Below, in pieces: positions 37,401 through 49,600 of a stretch of DNA of 64,000 nucleotides (the first letter of the stretch is position 1; the number at the start of each line of letters is the position of its first letter). The DNA lies in assembly GCF_963676685.1 (NCBI RefSeq), contig NC_092345.1:25916001-25980000 (forward strand), given 5' to 3'. Both the position numbers and the translations under genes were made by a program. Below the pieces are notes generated by a model. It had not been told where the DNA came from. It did no database searches and worked only from the letters and a program-made list of their open reading frames with translations. This stretch comes from Mytilus edulis. Taxonomy: Eukaryota.

Positions 37401-40400
37401 TCCTAAACGGACAATTTGAGAATGGACGCTATAATTCATGTTAATGCCGAGGTATTGAAAACTGATGTGATAATTAGAGATTTTCTAGTGTTGAATTAGT
37501 AGCAAGTATGTTCAGTTTCTATTGCCCAAAAGTAAGTTATTTGCCTCTCTGTTAAGCTTAACGCCACGCCACCTTCACCTCTTGTTCGCCTGCATATGTC
37601 ATATTTGTTTTGAGGCTTTTAATTATCGTCCTGATTACGAGTTGTGATTCCTCTTTTAGACTTTTCTTATAACTACACTCAAACTATACCCTTGTGGTTT
37701 ACTTAACCAGAAGAAATAATCCACCAATGCCAACATATTCTTGATTCGAGTTGTGACACTTAAGTGGGCTCCATAAGTTAACTTCATCAGAGGAAACAAT
37801 CCACCACTGCCAGTTCTGTAAAAAACATACATTTTTTTACATCCAAATTTGGAACTGACTACTCGTGGTACTGGAAGCAGCACACTTATTTTTGTGTTGA
37901 AATTGTGACCTTTTTGTTCTGAAACTTTATTTGTATTTGTTTTCGAAAATTCTTGATGTTTATACGGGATATTCGGGATACATGATTTCTTTTTGATTAT
38001 TTTTAGTTCTGAACTAGCTTTCAGTAACTGCTTTTACTTTTAATTACATCTTGATAATCCTATATTCTGCAGTTTCTTTAACCACTGTCCCAGTGTAGGG
38101 AATGTTTTTTATTGTAGTTTTGTACATTAATAAAGCCGTTGGATTTTCGTTTGAATTGCTTTATAATTTGCTATGCAGAATGAGGTTTTCTCACTGACAA
38201 ATGTTGTACGGTGACATATAGCTTCCAACATCTACGCTGGTCTCTACTTGATAGTTGTCTTATTGGCAATCCTATAACATATCCTTATTTTATAATACAC
38301 ATAGTTGTTACCGGATCTTCTACCTGTTTTGAGGCTAAGTTGAAACATATGTTTAAAATTTATATAATGCAAAATACTCATCTCACTTAAAACGTAATAA
38401 AACGAAGGCAGTGATGCATCAGCGACGCTTAACAAAAGGTTTCATTAATAATCCTTTATTAAGAGCTATACTAACTTTATCAACAGAATGTAGTTTAATA
38501 TATTATAAAAGAGGGGCAAAAGATACCAGAGGGATATGCAAACTTATAAATCGAAAAAAACTGACATCGCCATGGCTTAAAAAGACAAACAGACAAACAA
38601 TAGTACATAAATTACAACATAGGAAAATAAAGACTAAGCAACACGAACCCTACCAAAAACTGGAGGGAAACCTCAGATGATCCGGAAGGGTAAGCGGGTC
38701 CTGCTCCACATATGGCATCCGTCATGTTGCCCATGTTAGTGCTAACCTTACAATAATTATAATCCGATAGTCACAATATAAGTTAATTCAAAAATTGATC
38801 AAGGGCAGATGCAGAAAAATATAACAAAGAAGATCGCATAAATTTTGATTTGAACACTTTGTAGCTATTGTTCAGATATGCTGATATAACATACATTTTC
38901 AAGATTCGTATTTGCTAGTTATTTTCCAAAATAATTTTAAAACATTTCCCTACATTTATTTTACAAACAAGATAATTTTCTTTAATCTTTTGAATGTGCA
39001 CTCTAGGTTCTTAGCAGTAAAGCAGCATGTGTGTACGAAGTCGTTGAAACTAAAATTGAGTTATCATATAGTTCTTGCTATGCAACATCAAACAGAACAA
39101 GAAATGTGCTGTATTATTTTAAAGTTTACTAAAACTGATAAACGTATGTGTGTATTACATTGATTTTGATTGATCTCTATTTCTAAAAGTGTTTAAAATA
39201 TTGGAAATCAGCTTCAGATTTCGATTCTGTCACTATAACATTTTTAGAAAACTTGTAATTGATGTTTGTAATATTCCTCATTTGGTCCTCCGATTTATTC
39301 AAATATTATATTCAGATTGTCAAACGTTTTTTTCTTTTTTTTCACAAATTAGAAGCTTTACTTTCCTTTATCTACAGGTTTTTCTATGTGTTAAACAAAG
39401 AATGTTAGCAAGATGGAGAAACGCGCGTCTCTCGTACAAAACTATAAGCTTAGTATCTGTTATGAACTAATTTAACACTAACCCCACTTCAACTAACTCA
39501 TCAAAGAATCCAGGCCTATAATTTTGTAGGACAGATACCCGTTTCGTCTACAAAAAACTCATCACTGTTGCTTGATTAAAAGAATGAAAAAGTATAATAA
39601 AGTACGAAGTAGAAGAGCATTTGGAAACCAAAGTTCAAGCGAGGTTGAGCAGTTCTAACATTACTTGTTGAACCAGTCTCCTTGCTGGTAAATTTCAAAG
39701 TTTAATGTACGAGGACTTTTAACAGTATTTTCTTCTGGTTGTAGGGTAACAGTTGTTATTGTATACCTGATAATTATTCATGGGAGACAGATCAAAGTAA
39801 AGTAAATGATTCAATGTGCAACAAGACATGTGGAGAAAATATGCAGGACTCTTGTGGTGGCAATGGGTATATAACTGTTTATAAGACGGGTACGTCTACA
39901 TTTAAATACATATCTATTAACGACGATCCGCCTCACAAAATATCATGTCGTTTTAATTTGAAGTGATATGGATATAAGAAAATAAGGTTTGATTGTCAAT
40001 GAACCAATTATCCATCAAAGTTTTAATGAAGTGGATATAAGCAATCAAAAGCAACCCGACAAAATTCAACAATCAGAAAGCATCATATCGTATAGCTATA
40101 AAAGGCCTTGAAATGATGAATATGAAACAACTTAATTTAGAAAACTACCGGTCTAATGCATAACAATTTAATGCACAACGATTTTCGAAAAACAAATATG
40201 ACCGACATGAACCAACGATCACAATTGATCTACAGGCTTCTGACTTTGGACATGTACAAAATGCATGTCAATGTTTTTTAATGTTTATCCGCCTGCTTAC
40301 CTGTGACTGTAAAAGTTATCATTTATATTATTAGTGTCAAATAGTATAGTGCTTGACAGGGATGATGAGCCAGACAAAAATTCTATAATGTGTGGTTGTA

Positions 40401-43400
40401 TGGAGTGCACCAACAACGGATGGCTATACTATGGGTATTCTTGTAACCAATCACTACAGACGACTTGTAGTAAGTAATTTGTATCCATACTGTTTTTAAA
40501 ATGACTATTATGCAACATGTTGCAGGCTCCATTGTAATACAAATTTCTTTTCTTTTTATTTTGAATACGTATTATTGGAATCACGCATTACATTGTAAAT
40601 CTAAAATTTTCGATTTAATTTTTCACTTCGTGTATTTTGGCATTATGGGGTTAAATGTTTTGCATGTCAATCTGAGGTATTTTTCTTTTATTTGTGCCCA
40701 AAATCTTAATCTTGTATTTTTGGGCTAATTTATCTTGAAAAAAACTTTTTGGAGATCGACTTATCTATGCTATTGTTTTGTTTAAAATATTTTCGCGGTT
40801 TGTCTGTGAATTATCTTATATCATGCAAGTAAGCAAATACTATGAATGAAAATGCAAAATCGTTTGAGGATAGTATTCTTAAAAATCTTCTTAAATGTTT
40901 CTTAATCTTTTAAATAGATGACAAAAGCGAGATAGAATGTAACAGAAATTGGAATGAAGGTAAAGAAGCTTGCTGGTCCGATCAACAATCGTTTCTCTTA
41001 GCTGGAACAAATATCGATTCACGTTGTGACAATACGACAAGTAGAGCCCCGGTTTGGATAGGTCTTTACAGGCGTAAAAGAACTCAAGTTGTGAAAGGTA
41101 AATGTCCAGTCTTAATAAATCTATTCACAGCTTCTGTTAACTCATGAATACTATAATTACATATGGTATTCAAAACTGTCAACTGTAGATGTTTCAATTG
41201 TTATTGTGTTTTTTTTTAAATTTCCTTACATATCAGCATCAATTTGTTGTTGTGTTTGGTGGAATGATATTTCTACAGATGTTTGTAACATAGGAAGCAT
41301 AGTTTCCAGTAGATGATAACGTTAAGTTTCAAATACTGAATTATTCTTTACTCTTTTTTTCTTCCGACTTTTTTCTTCTATGATTGTTTATGGTGAGTCT
41401 TGTGTAGGTGACACGAATGTCTGGCATACCAAATTATAAGTCTAGCAACTTTAATGAGTTTTCGTAATACTAATATACCTCCTTCTAATGACGATGAACC
41501 TATCAAAATTGTAACTCTTTTCAGCGTTTACACTTATAAGGTTTATTATTCCTTTGATATCTTTCTCCTCTATTGAGCATGAATCCTTTATCTATTTAAA
41601 TTCTATGTTCTAACGTATATGAGCAACAGCTGCAATCTCAATATATTTTGTCATACACTGTTTTAATACAGCAATATTGATGCTGTTACTGAATCTCATT
41701 CAATGCATTCGTCACACCCCCCCCATGCGAATCAACCCTTTATTTAAATGTCCCAAACAACATTCTTGTATCCATTGCCCTGAAACAATGGAAACATGCT
41801 TTTAATGAGTTCAGAAACAGACACATCATATCAATCGTCCCTGTTCCTTTTGTGTCATCGTGTATAATAATATATTTGCGTGATTTCTAGTAGACCTTTT
41901 CAACTTGTCTCGACACCGACTAATGACACCTACAGTTTACAGGTAAAATGGGTGGGTCGTCTCAAAGACAAAAAACATCATGATTATCAATACGTAACAT
42001 ATTGGATTGGCGGTTATATACTGTCTTGACTATATAGCTTCAGAATATATATCAACCAAATAAATAAATAAATATATGTCTCTGTCATATAATATTCTTA
42101 TTTTGTATGTATTTACACGACATTTTATGTTGGATTGATTAAAACAAATACAGCAATCATTCTGCATCCTGATCCACTTTATCTTCAATTTTATGATTAA
42201 GCGAGTCTTTTACCAAATATTTGCCGCATGTAAATAACGATTCGTTTGTTTATGTAAAAGCTTTTATTCCATTTATGATCCGCTGCATTTCCAGGAGGAC
42301 TGTTCTCCTTAGAGACAAATTTATCCAAATCGTCATCCTTTAGTTACACCATTTACAACACCTCAAATTAATTGTAAAGCATAACATTTGAGAGAAAGAG
42401 CAGAAAATTTAATCGCGTGATTGGTGAATACAAAATTCAAGTGGAACATAAAATTGGTGAATTGAAATAACTGTTACATTATGGAGGCACCCAAAGCCAA
42501 AACTAACAGACATTGTGGAAACATGTGCCGCTCTTGTCAACAGAGATATTTATGATAAAACATTGATTAATTAAATATCAACTACAATTAAACATGCTTT
42601 GATCTTTTCATTTCCCAAATTCCACCAGGACCGCTAGAAGCTCAACGTCTAAAAAGATGAAATGTGACTTAAAGTTCATCATTTTCTTTATAATAAATTA
42701 AAAAAATCCATGTTATTTGGACTCTGTAGGAAAGCTATATCATTGTCAATGAAAGCAATAAAATCAATAATGATTTTAATTTTTTAGAGACGACCCCTCA
42801 CATTTTACCTGTCGTAGTCGTTCTCAACTGTAGGTGTCGAGAGATGTTGAAAAGGTCTACTGAGACTACATCGTCACATATACACGGAACAAAGATTTAG
42901 AGTAAATAGGTCAAAGGATCATCCTAAATAAAACGAATCATTTACATTCTAATCTGTTCCTTTGAGGTTGTAAACAAAACTCACAATCGTCACAAATGTC
43001 CTGTGTTTGATAATGCTTGTATCCTTCACATATACTCAAGGTCAATGCTTTCAATGCAAATACATTTTGTATTTCCCGATTCCTATTTCCAGTTTCTGGA
43101 ACAACAATAACAAGCATGAGCGTGGAACTGTATAGTATGCAAAAAAGGAGATGCGACATATTTCTTCCTGTGCAATCATTGTAATTTTAAAGCAATACAG
43201 ATATCATATATAACAAAGATTACTTGTGTCATTAACAGAAGAAGAGTCATCAGTATCTGCAGTTTCTTGTTTTCATGGGATGCTTACTGCTGGTGTTCTA
43301 AGTATAGACAGTAACTTAAATTGTACAGCTCAACTTCCATTTATATGCGAATTAGGTAAGAAAAAGTAAACAAATTTGAATATTATATAAAGATATTTAT

Positions 43401-46400
43401 TTAAATTAATGCAAGCATTTATTTACAGTGCAAATTTAACAAAACAGAAAAAAAAAATCGAAATGTAAATTTAAAATAACAACAGATAAAATAATGTGTA
43501 TAGGTTTAATTGATTACAACAGATCAAATATTATTCAATCTCTTTTCGATTTTTTGCATATAGCGTAATTTCTTTCTCTTTTACATTTATGCCATAATTA
43601 CAACCTTCCATCTTTTCCTATAGTGAACTTTCCATTTCTGTGTAGCAACATCCCAGCGGCACCAGCATATGGAGTATATGTGTCTTAATTGATATGTTAC
43701 TCTAGAGCTAGCTCAAAGTACGCTGATTTTGTTGAACGAGGAATACTGCTTTCTCAAAAGTTGATAAGACAGGGCTATGAATCAATCAAATTAAGGTCAT
43801 CACTCAAGAGAAATTTTACGGTCGCCATCATGAGCTGATTGGCCATTATGACAAAAGTGTGTCAGAAATCATATCTGATATTCTTCCTCAGTCATAATAA
43901 CCTTCCATCATTACCGAACTGAACAAAGAAATAACACGACCGGTGCCGTATACGGTGCAGGAAATACTTACCCTTCCGGAGCACCTGATTTCACTCCCGG
44001 TCTTTAATGGAGTTCGTGTTGTTTCTTATTTATTATTTATAACTGTTGATGTAAATGTCCTTTGGTTTTGTGAGTCTTTGTTTACTCCTTGGTTTTTATT
44101 GTTATTGTCTTCAAGTCTTTTATTAATGATTTTTGTAGAAAGCTTATCACTGGTTGTCCCGTACATTACATGCGTTTACATAAATACACTTATATTTTGC
44201 GAATCAAAAATGCTTGGAATTAGTTAAGTTCATGGTAAAAATGTTAATATAGACTTATCACCAGGTTTGTGCTTGCATTAGCGTCACGACGGGTGTCATT
44301 TGTAGAGAAAAGTATGCTAACCCTTCCGTAGCACCTGCTTTAAACCCTGGTTTTTGGTGGGGTTCGTGTTGCTCAGTCTTTAGTTTCGTCATTTTTGTTT
44401 TTTGCCATAAAGTTTTCAGTTTATTTAAGACCATGCTTTTGAATTCTTTAGTGTTTTTCGATCCTTTTTGAAAAATATATATTGTAAAACTATTCTCAAT
44501 ATTAAATCAGATACAGAAGACGTTTTGTCCTCTGATTGCTATGTATATCCACCAGAGCATGTAACAACAGAGTTAACAACAGTAGAAGAAGTAACAACAC
44601 AAACAAAATCTGTTGACATAACAACGCCTGCAAGCGGAACATCACAACCAAAGAAGTTAACTGATGATAATGATGACATTAGCCCAGGTAATTTATGAAA
44701 AGAAGACTTCATGTAATGTGTTATTTATCTAATATATGCTCCGATGGGCGTAAAAATATGTGGTGGATTTTTTGTTAGAATTTGATGATTCGAATTTGAT
44801 TCAGTACGATTTTGTTTTATTTTACCATATTGCTTCAATGTTTTAAAATGTTAACGATAAGGTTACTTTGGTTGCAAGATTTATTGATAATAACGTCAAG
44901 AGGAAACTATTACATGCTAGTTCGTGTGTGTAATTGTTTAATCTCATATGAGTTGAGACTTTGATATCTTGTAATGATTATATTGTACTATTGTATACAA
45001 GTCAAGTGTGTCTTAATCCATTTTTTGTTTGTAACAGATGAGCATTATAGAAAGTTTTATAGTAAAAAGTCTTCTTGTGCTTTGCAAGTTGTTTGCTAAT
45101 TATTTTGTTTTTCTATATTTTGTATAGGCGCAGCTGTAGGTATTGCGTTTGCAGTAGTTTTACCTACCCTTCTGGTCATTGGTACTATAATCTGTCACGT
45201 GGCATGTGGACAAAAGTATGTGTTACTTATAATAGACATTCTTACTCTTGTATTTATATAGGCACCACTTACAAGGCAGTTTATCAAATATATCGTTAAT
45301 TATGTGCAATGTGGAATGAGGGTAACAAAACCTTCGGGAGTTCTCATTTGATTGGAGGAACCTACCAGTAAACAGTTTAAGATAAAACAATTAGAATGTA
45401 ACTATTATTTTTATTTCCTTTCAGGTCTTATAGCTCCTCATTTTTCAGGTATTCGGACATACTAGCCTAGTTGGCATTAATTTTTTGGGGGTTTGAGCGT
45501 TCCTGTTGTCAGTTTAATCCAGAAAATCGCTTCAGACAAAATAAACTTATAAAATGTCACTTTCAATCATAATTCTCAAAATCTCATCAGAGAATTTTAA
45601 AGAAAAAAGAGGGACGAAAGATACCAGAGGAACATTCAAACTCATAAATCAAAAATAAACTGACAACGCCATGGCTAAAAATGAAAAGGACAAACCGACA
45701 AACAATAGCACACATGACACAACATAGAAAACTGAAGAATAAACAACACGAACCCCACAAAAAACTAGGGGTGATCTTATGTGCTCCGGAAAGGAAAGCA
45801 GATCCTGCTCCACATGTGGCAAATGGAAAGTTCACAATTGGAAAGCTGAAATCATCTCTTTTGTTGTAAAGTTTTGTTTTCAATCGACCCTCATTGTCAA
45901 TTTCTAGATTTAAGTCAAAATATGAGGCCGACTTAACTGTATCTGTTGTATCCTTTATCTCTAGTTCAATGGGATAGATGCATTCGACATAGTCACCACA
46001 TTTTGAATTATTTAGTGAAAGAACATCATCTATATAGCGGAATGAAGAGGGGCACAATTTATTCCCATTGGAATGCCGATAGTCTGTTGAAAAACACGTC
46101 CTCCGAACGTAACAAGTATGTTGTCAATCAAGAAATCAAGCATCTTGATAATGTCAGTTTCAGAGAATTTTTTGTTTGAATCAGAGTGATCCTTTACAAA
46201 GTAGGATTTATCCCTTCCTAAGACAAGATACTTGTATCTTCGTTGACCATTCTTTTTTGTATTAAACAAAGCAATACCAACTCTATCAATTTGTCTTTTA
46301 GTTTGGAATGTGGAATATTTGTATAAAGTGTAGAAAAGTCAAATGTTTTGATACTATAACAAGATGAAAGAGAGTTAGATTGCATGTACTCTAAAAGATC

Positions 46401-47816
46401 TTTCGAATTTTTAAGTATCCACATCTGATTCACGCCACCTCAAGAATATGCAGTTTCACAATAACTTTGAAGCCCGTCTTGATTGCTGATAAAATAGATG
46501 TTCTTAATTTAGAAAGAGGTTTGTGGTGCACTTGGAAGACCCAGCAATATACCGTTGTGTGTAAGGACACTTATGGAAGGTCCAGTTCATCATCTTTAGA
46601 ACTGACACAACAGTACATTATACATGCATCATACATAAGTGATTAACTATAGTTCTTTCTTCATTGGAGACGCTACTCTTATACCATTCGAATTATCTTC
46701 CTTTGATTATAAAAATAATAAATACGACACTTGAGTCATTGAATTAAATATGCTATACTCATTGTGCATCCATCAATAAGATGCTATTGAGACAAGCACG
46801 AATCTTACGCTGAACAAGAAAAGCAGTCACGGACAAAATAGCCATCATAATAGTTCAAACCCTAAACCTACTTTGCTTCTCTAAGGTGATTCTCGAAACA
46901 TGTCGTGAGCAGTAAATTTGGAAGTACTGTGTATCTTACTACGAATATGGCTGCTAAAGGGCGGGATTACCCAGACGATACCAGCCTTCTAGTATACGTT
47001 GTTTTTGTTAGTATTTATCAGATACAAAAATGTTAGCTTTAAGTTTATGAATAATTTTAATTGAAGTTACTTTAATAAAAGTCACTATAATTGAAGTTTT
47101 TAACTCAAATGTCTAACTCTGATCCTTTCGGTATGGGTACTTACATCATTTGTGTACTTTGTTCATGTTGTTGTCGTACCTCGACATCTTATATGTTATT
47201 GTAGACAATCATATCATGCCAAGTGATTTTTTATAATTTACTTATATGACAAGACGCTGCTGTATATATTGTAAAAACATATAGAAGAATAATTATGCTG
47301 TAAAAAGGAAGAAGATGACCACGGTAATGAAAAGCCACAAGTCGAAGGTATACATACAACATGACGGAGAAAAGAAAGATAAAACAGAGGAGGACTAAAG
47401 ATTGAGCTAAACGAATATCACAAATCTATATCGTTATATTTAGCCGATTTCAGTATCTTACTCTATTATTGTCCCATTTTTATTTTAGGCCAACTGAAAG
47501 AAAGCCGGAGGATAAAGTTGAACTTCGAAAGAAAGAGGAATATTATATTCGCCCTTCTAGCGAGATGTCAGAAATAAATATACGATATTCATTGTTTGAA
47601 CAAGAACCGGACAATAAAGAATCCGATAGTGGAATTGGAGAGAATAGCAATGCTTCTGTTTCGTATGAAAAATCACGAGATGGTCACGTGTCGACATTTA
47701 TTACAATACCAAAAGTACAAGCACCAAATGGTCCAGGCATAGAAGCACCAAACGGTCCAGACATACCCGTAGATAATGTGTTAGTTAATGACGATGATTT
47801 GGTTACTAAGTTATAG
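34427..47816 (+). CDS. Single-pass membrane protein with C-type-lectin-like domains and a WSC domain, Thr-rich stalk, TM helix and cytoplasmic tail (5' exon not located)
   Basis: Phase-compatible GT-AG exons: 34427-34621 (TWDSARDDCLQRGGDL...FWVG), 34865-34962 plus 39745-39889 (WSC: GCS...CVDNC..FFG..GNSCYC...CNKTCG.....CGGNGYITVY), 40335-40469 (CGCMEC...YSCNQSLQTTC), 40918-41097 (NWNEGKEAC...VWIGL), 43239-43355 (C...NCTAQLPFICE), 44511-44687 (Thr-rich), 45128-45215 (TM AAVGIAFAVVLPTLLVIGTII), 47489-47816 (tail, stop). About 487 aa without the first exon. Confidence 0.85.
35568..35734. repeat. Minisatellite, 4 x ~43 bp (ATAGACGAAAACGCTTAGTACATCCGTAACCAATACCATTTAA)
   Basis: Contiguous head-to-tail copies with no unique spacers. 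Confidence 0.9.
38508..38740 (-). mobile_element. 3' non-coding end of the Penelope-like retroelement family (truncated or non-autonomous copy)
   Basis: Matches 45605-45820 (AAGAGGG..AAAGATACCAGAGG...CAACACGAACCC...CCGGAAGGGTAAGC...CCTGCTCCACAT). Another copy lies on the plus strand at ~44265-44468. Confidence 0.7.
41550..43159 (-). pseudogene. Possible decayed secreted Cys-rich gene (adhesion-GPCR-like ectodomain) antisense within a lectin-gene intron
   Basis: Signal-peptide-like start MSHLLFCILYSSTLMLVIVVPETG and Cys cluster DICDDCEFC...LECK*. Further stop-ridden fragments lie beyond the 41889-42861 insertion. Family assignment is by pattern resemblance only. Confidence 0.3.
41889..42861. 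mobile_element. Non-autonomous DNA transposon (~970 bp) with ~80-90-bp imperfect TIRs
   Basis: AGTAGACCTTTTCAACTTGTCTCGACACC...ACAGGTAAAATG...GGTCGTCTC is mirrored at 42787-42861. TSD not resolved. Confidence 0.75.
43605..44120 (+). mobile_element. Penelope-like retroelement fragment (RT C-terminus plus 3' region), degenerate
   Basis: Translates FPIVNFPFLCSNIPAAPAYGVYVS*LICYSRASSKYADFVERGILLSQKLIRQGY then, after a frameshift, FYGRHHELI..YD. Followed by the family's CTTACCCTTCCGGAGCACCTG tail. Confidence 0.8.
45605..46615 (-). mobile_element. Penelope-like retroelement reverse transcriptase pseudogene with internal deletions
   Basis: Fragments: LHKCPYTQRYIAGSSKC; MWILKNS...TFDFSTLYTNIPH; FGGRVFQQTIGIPMGINCAPL; FRYIDDVLSLNN...ASYFDL...LKTKLYNKRDDFSFPIVNFPF. 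They are frameshifted and joined to the 3' tail. Confidence 0.88.
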
Positions 47817-48339
47817 CAAAAGTAATATATTGATATGCAAATAATCAGACTTGCAATGCTTACTCAAAATTACATTCAAGTAATAAGTTAAGGAGCAAAG
47901 CATAAAAAAGGGATGTAATTCCGGAAATTATATCCCGGTTGTAATATATGAATTACATTTATATATACTTGTGGACTTTGTTATTGGAATAAGAATGTAT
48001 GAAATTATTAACTTTATAAATGATGCTTTATTCATGGTCATATATAAATAAAAGGTTGAATATTGTATGATATTTTATTAGGAGAACTAAGTAATTATAA
48101 ACTATATGCCAAATTGTACCAAGCATGGCCATAATCATCATTTGGGTAAGCAAACATTATCTTATAATAATAATTTTATTGTCAAATAAACAAATGAAAT
48201 GTCAAATTAGATACGGAAGCATAAATACAATACAAATAGTTTCAAGTTAGCGTCTTAGGAGGACATACTCGCTTGTTTCATAATTCTTATTAACTTACAT
48301 TAATTTTGTTATCGAAATGTATTCCTTTACTCTATAAAT

Positions 48340-48540
48340 AATCTCATCATAGATACCAGGATTGAAAATTTGTATTTACGCCAGACGCGCGATTCGTCTA
48401 CAAAAAACTCATCATAGACGCTCGTATCAAAAGAAGTTATATAAGCCAAATAAAGAACGATGTTGAACAGCATTGAGGACCTAAAATTCCTATTTTTTTG
48501 CTACAATACAGCTAAGGTAATTTATTTCTGATTTAGAAAA
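48340..48540 (-). mobile_element. Degenerate retrozyme relic with mutated hammerhead core
   Basis: Minus strand reads GAGCGUCU AUGAUGA GUUUUUUGUAGAC GAAU CGCGC GUC UGGCGUA (48378-48423), with flanks homologous to the 28815-29387 unit. Confidence 0.75.
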
Positions 48541-48869
48541 TGTACTGATCAATTAATAACATAAGGGAAATCATCCCCAATGTCAAGTTGACAGAATTAC
48601 ATGTTTTATTTTCCTTTCTCTTGTGGAATGTTGTCTCATTGGCACACATTACCACAATTCATTTAGTCTGAATTACAAGAATTCTGGTTTGGGAAGGGCA
48701 TTTAAAGACGCAAACTCTGTCCTAACCCGGAGCAGTGTGGAATATTACAACAGAAGAACACACTGTAAATATCAGTTTGAAACGACTCGACTCACGAGGT
48801 ACACAAGACAGCTAAGATCAGATACACAATACCGAACAATGGCAACTCGCAAATACTAAAAGTTATTTC

Positions 48870-49600
48870 AATTTGAAATACTAAGGCTTTTCTATCCCAG
48901 GAATAGATATCTTAGCTGTAAAAACCTTTTAAGAATGTTTGGTCCTCAATGCTCTTCAAGTTCGTACCTTATTTGTCCTTATTAACTTTTTTTAATTCGA
49001 GCGTCACTGATAATAGATATAGGAAGATGTGGTGTGAGTGCCAATGAGACAACTCTCCATACAAATAACAATTTAAAAAGTAAACCATTATAGGTTAAAG
49101 TACGGCCTTCAACACGGAGCCTTGGCTCACACCGAACAACAAGCTATAAAGGGCCCCAAAATTACTAGTGTAAAACCATTCAAACGGGAAAACCAACGGT
49201 CTAATCTATATAAACAAAACGAGAAACGAGAAACACGTATATATTACATAAACAAACGACAACTACTGTACATCAGATTCCTGACTTAGGACAGGTGCAA
49301 ACATTTGCAGCGGGATTAAACGTTTTAATGGATCCAAACCTTCTCCCTTTTTTCTGAAACAATAGCATAACATCACAACAAAGAAAAACATACGATAAAA
49401 TATCAATTGGCAGACTTAACTCAATCAAAAAACCTATGATTAAACAATGAACGAATAAATTTGATCTGCGATATCTGAATACAAATGCACAGTTAATTAA
49501 ATAAAAGAGACAAACACAACAAAGATAAGTCTTTTGAAGACTAAACGCGTGTCTGTTGCAAATACATAATTTCAATCCTGGTATCTGTGATGAGTTTGTT
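48870..49600 (+). mobile_element. Retrozyme relic whose hammerhead core is interrupted by a 510-bp repeat insertion (49014-49523)
   Basis: GAGCGTCACTGATAA | insertion | GATAAGTCTTTTGAAGACTAAACGCGTGTCTG. GATAA is duplicated at 49009-49013 and 49524-49528. Confidence 0.75.

Noticed and set aside
47280-47350. Extra cytoplasmic exon (LCCKKEEDDHGNEKPQVE) of the lectin/WSC gene
   Set aside because: An in-frame TAA lies just upstream and there is no acceptor in the required phase. Exon 45215 splices cleanly to 47489.
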